From contig JACKPL010000010.1 of assembly GCA_024233545.1 (NCBI GenBank), forward strand, positions 6,287-70,286: a stretch of DNA of 64,000 nt, given 5' to 3'. The notes beneath the pieces are model-generated. The model was given only the letters and a program-made list of their open reading frames with translations. It did no database searches and had not been told where the DNA came from. Source of the DNA: a bacterium. Its GTDB lineage: Bacteria > Auribacterota > Auribacteria > Auribacterales > Auribacteraceae. The stretch's first letter is position 1; every line of letters starts with the position of its first letter. Shown here piece by piece: positions 48,901-60,900 of the stretch. The translations under genes were made by a program, and so were the position numbers.

Positions 48901-51900
48901 CCACAGCAAGTACGGCGTATCGGCAAAGCAGAATATGCGAATGTTATGAGCGGTATAATTACTCCTACGGTCGTCGACCAGCGTGCCAACGCATATGTCG
49001 GCGAAGAGATGGATTATTACAATGCGTTTGTTCAGCAATCGTTGTTAGCGGAAAGCATTTCGCGGGTTCAGTCGTTCGACCTTCCAACCGCGAAACTTGC
49101 TGAAGAGACTGCTTTAGAAAATATCGTTGTTGCTACTTCCGATTTGGATCGTACACAAAGCCGTGATCTTATTGCGGTATTATTTAATAGTATAAATAAA
49201 CTGAAAATTGCAGACCAGCGAGGCGGCAGTACCTATATTTTACGACACGATACGCGGGTGATTGGAACGGAAAAAGTTATTTATGATGCTAGTATATCCG
49301 CAATTGAAGATTTGCTTGCCGCCATTCAGGCTGATGATTCAAAAGTAGTCAAATCTGACCTATCGCGGTTTTTAACCGACCTTGGGCAGTTCTTTGGTTT
49401 TATTCAAAGCGATGGAGCGACCAAAGCAGAAACCATAATTAGAATGAAGGAATTTTTAAAAGGAGAAGACCCTGCAACAATCGACCGTGCTGTGCGAGTA
49501 GTGGAAGATATTATGGTTGACGGCAAACGAGCGACTCGCCGAGACGCAGTCATGATTGCTATGCAAGTGTTGGTAAAAGAAGAAGTTCGCGAACGGGTCA
49601 AAGCCCTCGCTTTCGAACAGCTTAGAACACAACTTGCGCAGGATAGGACATATATTCCCGAAGTAATCAGAATTCTTAGCCAGGCGAACGTTGGCAATGA
49701 TTCTCGCAGTATGATTCGAACATTAGAGCGGGAACAAAACGGACGGTATTCGTATTACATCAAATTTGTTGAACAAAATAAGACGAAAACACTTGCCGAA
49801 CTCAGAGAGCGGCAAGCGGAACTTGCTCCTATCGAGGCGTACTTGAATTTAGTTGAAGAACATGACCGCGCAAAACGCCTTATGGATGAAGCGGAATCAA
49901 TCGTAAAGCATAATGGTGATCCTGTTGTACAACTTCAAGAAGTCCGCCGTGCTTTTGACCGGTCTATGGCATTTTTCCTTCAGATTATTGAAGTACAGCC
50001 TAATTTCAGCGTGATCACAAATTTAGATCAAGTAATAGCAAAAATCAATGCATCAAATCTGAGTGCTGCTGATAAAAAACATGCGGTCGACACAATTCTT
50101 GCCATTAAAGCCGATTTGCAGAAGTACACTCAGCTTCTCGAACGCAGAAAAACTGCATTAAGTGCCGCTGATACCGCGTTGCAAAGCCGAAGCGAAGAAA
50201 TAGGCAAAGCAGAAATTCTTCTCAAACGGCTTACAGAAATAAGCACCAACCATGACCTTTTCCTGAAGAGAAACGAACAGGAAGCAGAAAAAGAGTTCGG
50301 CAGAGTTCAGGATGCGTTGCGCCAACTGCCTGCAGATCAAGCAATACCGTTGATTCAGGAAATGCAGAGGCTTCATGTTCGTTATTTGCGTAATCATGTT
50401 GAGGCATTAGAAAGGGCGACAGTCGAACGGAACCGTTATCAATCTATCATTCAGGAAAATCAAACGCTCATACAGCAACTGCGCCAAGCTATTGCTCAGG
50501 AAGATTCAGATACCCGCAAACGGGTGATGACATCAAAACTGCGTTTGTTGCAAAGGGATATCTATGAAGCAACCAGCCGAGTTGCGTTTGATGATTGGTA
50601 CATACCGGAACTCGAAAAGCAAATTAGCCGGATGCAGAACCGAATTGCCCAATTCAACGGCGCAATTGTTGATTTAGGAGGAACGCCGGATCGAAGCATC
50701 TTTGATGCACAGCTCAAGACAACTCAAACTGCCGCACGGGATGCACGGCGTTTTTCGGATAATCTGTCAGGTGCTGTTACGTTGCTCAATCGTCAACAAA
50801 CCCAGCTGATCGGTTCTTTGGAAGAATTGGAGAGAAAATATAATTATACTCAGCAAATGAGGGATGTTTCTCGAGAAATGCCGATTAGCGCGGTTCTCAA
50901 GGATATTCATCTTATACATAATCCTGAAAGTTACATAAAATTCCTCCAAGAAAATGGAATTAAAGAAATATACATCGATTTTGCTGACCTAGCTACACGA
51001 GAAGAACTTGAAAAATTAGGTAGCGATGCATTGCAGCCCTATAATCCTAATAGGGTCAATACAACTGATCTGCATCGTGTAAAACTTGCCGGAAGAGTCA
51101 TTCAGGCGGCAAACCAAAACGGCATGCAGGTAAAGATTCTTATAAAAGGGCAGGAAGAATGGGGAAGAGGCAGATGGCGTTTTCTCTTTTTCAGCGGTGA
51201 AGAACGGCCGGGAACAACCGTTATGAAAGACTTGACTAAGAAATTAAGATTGTTCCAGATTCATTTGTTTGAGCATGACATATCTATTGATGGTTTTGCT
51301 GTGGATTTTCCTCCTCGCGTTGTTGATGGAAAAGTCGATTTGGACAATTATCGTGAAGCGCGCAATACTATTGGCGAAATATTAACCGAAGAAACCGATG
51401 AACTTATGGATGGGCTCAAAGAACGAATAGAAAGCCTTGATGAAAAGGGATATGTTGACCGAGCAAACCGTTTAAGGCAAATTTTAAGGCAAGGGCCTTC
51501 TGCATTTACTTACGAATATGAAGTATTTGAATCGCCAGAAACAGCTCGCATGATAAATCAATACGTTATGCGCAATGCAACACCGAATGAGAGAACCGAA
51601 ATTTTTAAAGGCACACCAGTTCTTGTACCAACAAGGCCGGTAACGTCAGTTACTACGGAATCAACAATAGATATGATGCAGAGAGTGGGGTCTCTTCCGA
51701 GCGTTAATCACGGTTTGGTCATTGATTGGTCTGGAACTGCCGCTCAAAATAGACAAGAAGAATTGCCGGCAATACTCCAAAAACTCAACGAACACCGCAA
51801 AGTTTCCCTTAGAACCGGACAACCTCTCGGAAAAGTTATCCTTGGAGGAGATACCACGAATGTTGTTGATTTACAGCGTAACCTCAATGCATTGGGTGCT

Positions 51901-54900
51901 GTTCCGCTTCATGCGCTTAATCTTCTCGAAACACAGCAAGATGTGAGAGAGGCATATCAGTCAAGGATGCGCGAGTATACACTCGGATTGCGCGGACAGT
52001 TGGATCACTTAACAGAAATTCTTGAAAAAGAAAAAGCATACCGCGATACCCATGAAAAAGTCCTTGGTATTGTCAATCAAGCGGTATTGCAAGAAGGGTT
52101 AGTGCTCGAATTACCTGCGTTTCTCCAAGCAGATTCAGGAGATTTCGATCAACTTCGGCAACGTACGCAAACGGTTATTAAAAAGCTCGAACAAAAATTG
52201 CGGCCTGGAACAACATTTGAAGAATTGCAGGAATTGTCAAATGAAATTGACACCCTTTACCGAGACGCAAATATTCATGTGCGGCGTATGCGTCTATCAC
52301 TCAACGCTTTGTTAAGCCCCGAAGGAATTGCCTATGGATCGGCAACAGACCCTCGCGGCTTTTTAACCGGAACTAGTTCTGTTTCGCTAAACCTCACGAA
52401 TCTTATCAGCAAAGCCATGCCTTATGTTGGTGTAAGTTTGACTGTTGTCGGCAGAGACGGCAAAGCAGATCAGCGCGATTTGCTTAAAGAAAGCAGGGAA
52501 TTACAGCGGGAAGTCCAGAATCTGCGTCAACAAGCTTTGATTTTTGCTAATTTTAATTCACAAATTCAAACAACCGACCTCCAGTTGCAAAAAGACCGCA
52601 CAGACATTGCTCTATTACGGCGCGGGGTTGATATTGCCAGCAAACCTGATGCTCAAATAGCCCCCATTCGTGTTCAAATACACCAGCCGTTGACAATCTA
52701 TATCGATGGGGTACGGCAAAATATTCCTGTTGGGACCCACGTTATTAAAGGCAATGTGTTCACCGCGCTCAAAGAGATTCGCGCATTGTTGCTTGTTATG
52801 AAGGATCCTTCAGAAAAAGCGCGAGTAAAAGCCGAAGGGCTTGAAAAAGCATATGATGCTTTAAGAAAAGCATTTACTGAAATACCTACCGTTAAAAAAG
52901 GCGACTCTTTCATCAAAAAAGAAACCAAAGAATTGGTAGCGGTTCGTTCAATTGACAATGCAAGAGAGAATCTCTTGCAAGCTGAAAGCTTATTACAGCA
53001 AGCGCAACTCGGTAAACAAGCGGCAGAAGCCACTCTAGAACATGCAAAACTCGGCATGCAAGATTCTGATAGGCTCCTCAAGAAAGCTATACTTGATATT
53101 CAGCTTGCGGAAACCGGCGAGAAACAGGCACAAAAAGATGCGGAAGATGCTCTAAAAGATTTAATTAAGTCGTTGACTGGTATCGATGCCGCACAGCGCA
53201 TGCATTACAGCTCTCAACTAGGAGAAGTCGGGACTTCTATCCGCCTTGATCAGGCAACGGATGATTTAAGTAAAGCGTATTTCAATTTCGATACGATTAT
53301 TCACCGATTATTCCGTGTGTTCAGCCAAATAGGAGGGCCGAGCGCAGAAGATGAATTTAAACAGTTTTTTGCCGCATATCGAAGCGGTGTTGTTACCGAG
53401 GGGTTCGGATTAGAGTCGGTGTTAGGTTCGGGAACACCGTATCTTGGCATTGATGACAGCAAAGAAGCATCTCTTGCCGCAGAGTTAGTTGGTGGTGCAA
53501 TTAGGCCGTTTACTATTTCTTTGTACGGTGGATTATTCAATATCGCTTGGAGTCCGCTTAATCCCCAACAGGTAGGTTTTTCAATGACGTACCGTCCGGC
53601 AGAAGACAGTATCGTCGGCAAAGCGCAGTATAACTTGCTCCAGCGTCACGCTCAGCATATCCTCGGACAAATGGTTACAGAGGATAGGCGCGAAGATGTA
53701 GAGAGAGCAACAGCTCATTTTGGGCGTATGATTGAGTCGTACCAAGATGCAGTAATCTGGGCAAATGCCATGAAAGAGGAAAAAGTTAAAGCAGAAAAAC
53801 GCCAGCAGGCGGCTAAAGATGATTTAACCCGTGCAGAATTATTCTTGAAAAATCAGCAGTTCGAATTACAGCGCGCTGAAGAAAATTTACGCAGTAAACA
53901 GCTCGGCAAAATAGCCGCTGAAGCGAGCGTTGATGAAATCGAAAGAGAAGCGGCAGACAAAATTACTCCAGCCGAAGGGCAAGGAGAATTCCTTAATCAA
54001 GGACAGCCGAAAGTGATTGATGAAGCTGTCGATACCACTATAGACCAGAAACGGGATTTGAGCGATGCAGAAATAAGAGAGCAACGCGTCTCATCAGTTT
54101 TAGCGCGGTTGTTCTATGCTGTAGCAGGATTCATTCTCGGTTTATTTACCTTAGACCGCAACAAACGGTTGTTTACCCGATGGAAATTGAGCAAACAGCG
54201 TGAAGCAGTACAAAAAGGAGAAGGAAAAAGAAAAGGAATCATGGCGGCGCTTGTTCAAGATTTTACCTTTGACCGTGTTACGATTTCAAAAATTATTCCA
54301 TTCAGTGGACGCAGAATTGTTGAAATGGCAAAGAATCAAGCGCAGTTTAAACGCGTTGCACGTTTGATGAGACGATATGGTGTTGATAGCATGGCGGTTG
54401 TTGCAGAAGAACTTAAGGATGCCGGAAAATTCGTCGAAGAAGAACGCTTAACCTATGGATCGTTATTTAGAAGTGAGAAGATCAAAAATCTTTCTCTTAA
54501 ACAAAGGTGGCAATATAGGACGCGGTTGTTTCTCCGTCTATTTAGAGCACAATACGATGACCTGATCTCGAGCGGAAAATTTAAAATTTTCTGGGGACTC
54601 CTTACTATCGGTCTTGGCATATTTGTTTTTCCTGTTGTCGGTTTTCCAACATTGCCGTTAAAACTTTTATTTAGCATTCCTATGTTGTGGGGCGGCGATC
54701 CGTTATTGAGCCCAATCCTCTTTTTGAGCGACCCTACAATGATATTGCCATGGTTTTTCTGGGTACCGTTTTTATATGTATTGCCTCGGCTGTTATATAA
54801 TCTTGTGGTGATGATACCTGTTACACGCAGTGTTCTTGCCTTGCTTATGTTTGTTGGAAAGGGAGTCGCAGAATATTTAGGTAAAAAAGCATTGTTTGTT

Positions 54901-57900
54901 ATGGTTCCTTTTTTACCGGTTGCCGCAATGTTCCAAAAAGTTGTAAACGGTATTTTCCGGCGAGAATTGATTAGCATTCGAACATTTGAAAACGCTGTTG
55001 AAAAAGCAGGGCAAAGCATAAAAAAACAAACGGTTAGCGCTATTCCTAAACCTATTCGGGAAGCGTTTGATATAAGAGAAAGACGAGCAGGGACAGGGCC
55101 TGAGTTTTCACGGCAGTTTTCTGAAAATGCCGTAGCGCTTGCTCGCCAATGGGCTGAGGAGAATGGCCTTGGGCCGCTTGAACAAATGAAAAAAGCAGAT
55201 GCGCAAAAACTCATTAACAGTTTTATTATTCAGGAAACAATTAAGCAGACTAAACATATTGTATTCCAAGATGAAGGAAATGCTTTAAGAGTTAATGTCG
55301 GGGCGGAGGCTGATGAACTGGCGATTTCTCCCGGACAGTTTGCGTCGATGCCGGCAATTTATGTGCCGTTCTTTCTCCCGACCAAAGGGCATTTCAATAA
55401 ATGGTTTTGGGGAATAATGATTCAAAATTTTACCCAATCACTGCAGTATGCGGCGTCAATGGGTGCCCGAGGCTTACGCGGTGCGGAACGAGGCGCTAAT
55501 GCAAAACATAAAATGTTTTCTCACATTGTTTCAAAATCCGAACTGGATATTCATTCATTTTTGTTTATGGTACAACCCCGGTGGCTTGTTGGGCACTTAC
55601 ATGTTGTAAGAGAAGAGTTAGTTGGCGGCAGAATCGTGATAGACCTCGACTTTTATGATGCCCGAGAACTGCAAGACAAACAAGCTCCTCCCGGAGTTGA
55701 GCAATGGGCGAACGTTGAAGATTATGTTCGTTACTTGATTGACCGTCGAGAAGAGATTGATGAACTCGACTCAGAAACGCTTGCCGAGCTCTTTGCAAAA
55801 GGTGGAGATATTCAAATCAATTTTCCTGACGGTATGCCTGAGGATGAAAAAGAATCTATTAAACAAGATATGGAGTTGCGATTTAAACAACTGACAAGTA
55901 TTGCCGCAGGGTATTACCGTGCGTATCCCGACGAGTTCAATCCATTCTATGGGCCGGGCGAGAATGTTACATTCAGCGGGCATTTTCCTGATATATCTCC
56001 AATGGATGCGGCAGACCGGTTTGGTTTAGGTTCCTACGAACAAGACCCTACCGAAGGCGTTTTTTATGCACGAGGAAATTATTTCGGCGGGTTTAATTAT
56101 GCGGCGGGAGGTGTTAATGTTAGAGGCGAAGATGGTAACCTATCGTTTGAGCCTACCGGAGAAATTGTTCGCGTTGAGTATCAGCAGAAAGAAGAACACG
56201 GTAAAGGAAAACAAAAAATTCCCGGCAGTAAAGCGACGAACCTCAACGCAATTTTACTTGCCATTCAGGGACAAACGTATATCACTCGTGAGGTGGTTCG
56301 CAAAGAGGACGGTTCAGCAGAACTTAATATCCAATTTAAAGATGCCCATGAAGAGTTTTTGCCGGAAGTGGCAGAAGCAAGAGAAGAATTTGAAGAGAAG
56401 TCTGCTGGACGAGATCAGGCATTTAGAAAAGGATGGTGGAAATCAGCTAAAAAACGTTTCGTCAAAGTTTGGGATAATGTAACAAAGGACTATATTACGG
56501 TAAATCTCGGTACTCGTTTAGGCTTTGAGCCGTTTGCCGGATTACGAGGAACTCTTGCAAAATGGAAAACATTGACTCTCGGAGCAGTAATTGGGGTTAT
56601 TCCGGTTTCGCTTTATGGGAATTTACAGGATCCGATCAATGCCGCTATGCAGTCATATTATGATCCGATTGTTGTTGAAAAAGTTGCTCAATCAACAATT
56701 TATCAAAATAATAAAATATATCGTAAAAATGTAAAGAAGTTTGCTGAGGATGCACATATTCTGGATAATCAGAGCGTTTCTCTCGGACAGCGTTCTTCAA
56801 GCGATACGACCGAAGAAACATACATGTTTGTCCCAACAAACGTTCTTCAGGAAAATGAAGAATCTCGTTTAGAATTTGCTCGGGCTCTCCATGCATTAGC
56901 GAGAAATGTGGGTGTTCATATTCCTGTGGAGTTATTTGAACAGAATGCAGAATTATTAACGGATTCGTATCAATCGCTTGTAACATTTTTCCTTGCGGTT
57001 GAGCAACAACGCCTCGAACAGAGGAGATATGCACAGGGCAGTATCATCACAAGTTGGGAAAAAGGAATTGCTGAAAAAGGGGCGGCGTTGGTTAATACGC
57101 AAGAGTATATTCAACGGTTGAGTTCCTTGTTCCCTGAAAAAAGTACCGCACGGCAAGGGCTTGTTTTTCTTGCTTCAACAGTCGGAAATACCGAAGAGAG
57201 TATGGATATAACTATTCATCGGAGTGATATTGGGACTGAATCGCGTTCTTTTGATATGCGGGCGCTGTATAAAGTAGGCATCTATAACCGCACCTCAGAG
57301 AAATATACTGCGGCATTTAATAAAATAGCTGGAATGACATATCATGGTTCCCACGATGATAACGTTCATAGGTCCGGAGCTCTTGAACGGCAACTCGGTG
57401 ACAGAGGCAGAGAACCTATTATCAGGTTGGGACAGGAGCGGAATGCGTTACAGGGAACACGGTCGTGGGCAATGGTTTCTCCGCGCGGCCCGCTGGGAAT
57501 ATATCAAATTACTTCTATGGCAAAGCGGATTCGCAACGGGCAGGATAACCCCGTTGCCGTCGAATTTATGCGTCAGCTTGTTGAAGCCGCAAACGAAAAC
57601 GGCACGTTAATCGATAGAATAATTATTCACGATGGCAATGGCAATGCTCCTTCGTCAAACCTGAGAGACTCTGCAAACTGGAAAATCCTTGTAGTGAGTG
57701 ATTCTCAAAATTTTCTTACAAATACTAAACAGCTTGAACCTCTTTTCAATCAAGTTGTTAGCGCTATGAAAAAACGTATGTCAGCGTCTTCAAAGCAAGA
57801 TTTTGCACCTACCCTTGCTAATGTGGATGTTATTCATAAAGATGCATTCAGGACATTGGAACAGTTTAGGGTATTGACTCAAGATGGAAACGAGCTAGAC

Positions 57901-60900
57901 AATTACAATGAACGGATTCAAAAGGCTAACGGTTCAGTTGTAAAAAGATTAAAAAAGAGTGTATTTAATTTAAAGGTTTTTCTAGGTATTACCCCGCAAA
58001 ACCAAACAAATGCTGTGATTGATAAAATTGCCGGCTTATTTAACCAGAAAAAAGCTTTAGAACAACAAAGAGCGGCAATGGATGCTCAGGTTGACGCATT
58101 TATTACGCAAGAGTACTATGTTCCCGAAGGTGAAGAAGCTCAAATTGCTGACCTTAAAAATGCAATTGTTATTCAAGATAACGCTTTGCAAGCACAAGAA
58201 GCCGCATTTGCCCGGTTAGAAGCAGTAAATTCAGCTATTGCTGTTGCTGAAAAGGAAAAAATAGCGAAAGAAGAACGTTTGAAATCGCTTAGAGACCAAA
58301 AGAAAACCCTCTCTGAAGATATTGCAACATTACCGAGGCGATATAAGCAATCTATGAGTGAGCAAAAAGATGCAATCCGCCAAAATAAAAGTTCGATTAG
58401 TGAACAGATCGCAGTTTTACAAACGATGTTGCAAACTGTTGAATCCGATAGCGTATGGGTTACGGAACAGCAAAGTGTTGCCGAAGAATCTGGTATTCAA
58501 AATTTGATTGATGCGGTTAGTCTTGAAATTCAGGCATTAGATGCGAGGAAAACTGCCCTGAATCAGCAAATAGATTCCTTAAAGAAACAATTGGATGCAT
58601 TGAATAAAGAAGAACAAGCGCTTGCTTCTGAACAAAAAGCAAAAAATCAGGATGAAATAGACACTTTTCAAGCTGAACAACGAGGTGCACATCAAGAATA
58701 TCTTTCGGCATTTGAATCCCAACAAACCGCAATTGAAAATCATCGTCAGGCATTTGTTGTACAGCAACAAAATTTTGAATTGCATGTTTCCTTTGTGACT
58801 GAACCGTCAAAACAAGTTCAGAAAAAGATAGATCAGATGCGCCGTTCTTTTACTGATCAGAACAGGATGTTTGTCGAACAGCAGGAGCGCGTCAATACGC
58901 AATCTCAACAGTGGCGATTGCAAGGCGAATTATTATCGTTGCGTGAAACGCCGTTGCAGGAACAAATCGACGCTCGTAATCAGCGGCTTTCAGAAATCAA
59001 TACTGAGTTGGAAACGTTGCTTCCTGAAATAAAAACAATCGCTCAAAGCTTAGAGGGTTATACCAAAGAACGGGCTCAGGCATTAGTAGATCAGAAAGCG
59101 TCGTTTAATGAGGCGAGAAAAGCATTTAAAGAGCAACAGCGCATAATGCAGAGAATGGAAAAAACAGGCATTCCTGACGAGCAAAGAGAACCCTTTGAAG
59201 CCCAGAAAAAAGCGTTCGAAAACCAAATGGCCGCTTTTGAACATCAGGAAACATTCAACCGTGTAAATGATGCGGTTAAAACTGTCAAACAGCTTTTTAC
59301 CCGTAAGAACAAAAGGACTACGCTTTTTGAGAGTTTCTTTCCTTTGGAGAAAGATAATGTGTTTTATAAGTTGTTGATATCGCCGCTCAATTACATCGTG
59401 AACCATGGTTTGCTTGGTCTCGCCGGAGCCGTTGTTGCCGCACATGCTACAGTTGGTATTGTTCCCGCGGTAACGATGCTTATTTCCGCTTTAACAGCGC
59501 CTCTCGCGTTGATGGGGGTTTTGTCTGCAATCACTCCGGCTATGATTGCGGCATATCTTGTAGTAGGTGTGCTTTTTGTATCATTATATAATGATACAAT
59601 GATGAAAGGGGTAATTGGAACATTATCTGTTGGCGCTGTTGTTGCGGCTTTGACAACGGGTATTGGACCTGCTCTTGGTGTCGGCATGTCGTTGCTTGCC
59701 GCTCCGTTTGCTATTCCCGGGTTTGTTGGATTGCTTAGTTCTGTATTTATTGCCGGTCTTGCCGGATTCGCGTTAGGGCTTATACCTGTTATGGCGTGGA
59801 CAGGGTTGCGTAACTATACAGAGAATATTTCTTTATTTAATTCACTAAGAATTATTTCGCGTGCCATGGACTCTCCTGTAGTAAAGGATACCCCTATAAA
59901 GAATAAACTGGGCATTGTCGGTGCTATAAAAGAAATGGAATTCATCGATCAAGGTTTAGGTATTGATGAGGCAAATCCCAACGATCCGTTTCCTTTTAGA
60001 TCAATTGTTAGAGCAATACGTGACGGCAGTAACCTTGTGAAGGATACCTATGAAGGAACGCTTGATTCTGCGAACATGATACAACGTGCGGTTCAACATG
60101 GAATAACTATGGAGCCCTCAACTGTCGATGAAGAATATATTGTTACATCTGATGCTTCTCCCCAAGCGGTGGAAGGCGGTTTTCAGGAGTTTAACTACAA
60201 TAATACTGAAATTGAGCCGGCGGTAGAAGAAATTAACGATGAGTTTGCGCGGCAGGGGCGTTTGATGCTTGATAACCTTCGCCGTGCGGCAAATGAGAAT
60301 CCTCATGAACTGCTGAGAGCGGTCAATGACTATATTACTCAACGCCGGTTAAGTGAAGCGCCAATGGGATACGAAACAAATTATGAATTAGCAACCCTTG
60401 ATGATATAAAAGCATTGGCTGACCTTACCCGTGACCTGAAGAATCATGGTTTTATTGATGTTCGTATTCGGGCACATAGGAATGATGTGAAGATTTTGGG
60501 CAAAATTTTCGGGCTCAATGAAAAAGATGCTATGGATGTGCTCAGCGGGTTTTGGAGTGAAGCCCGTTGGCCGGTTGCGATTGGTGTGCCATTCCTCCCT
60601 GGAACAACTAAAGGAAGAGTACGTATTGCAGAACGGGGAGGCACCATTGAAGATGCACGCCCGATTCCTTTGATGTCTGCACTGCTTGCTTTTTCTGAAG
60701 CGCCGTGGCTTGCGGGATTGTCGGCATTTAATATACTTGATACTGAAGCGGATGACCCTGCATATGCTCTCGCTGAAGATACAAAATTTGGTATTATGGG
60801 TGTATATAATCCTCCTTTATATCCTAATACACCGGCGATTTCCGTACACTTGAAGCAGTATGTAGAGGAACAATATGAGCGTCGCCTATTTGGTGAAAAT

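Noticed and set aside
54453-55214. 253-aa minus-strand ORF inside the giant gene (also 62825-63274 and 63365-63721 opposite the continuation ORF)
   Set aside because: These are antisense to long, clearly coding + strand frames. Their Ser/Pro/Arg-rich composition is typical of shadow frames, and the + strand frame is open for kilobases across them.
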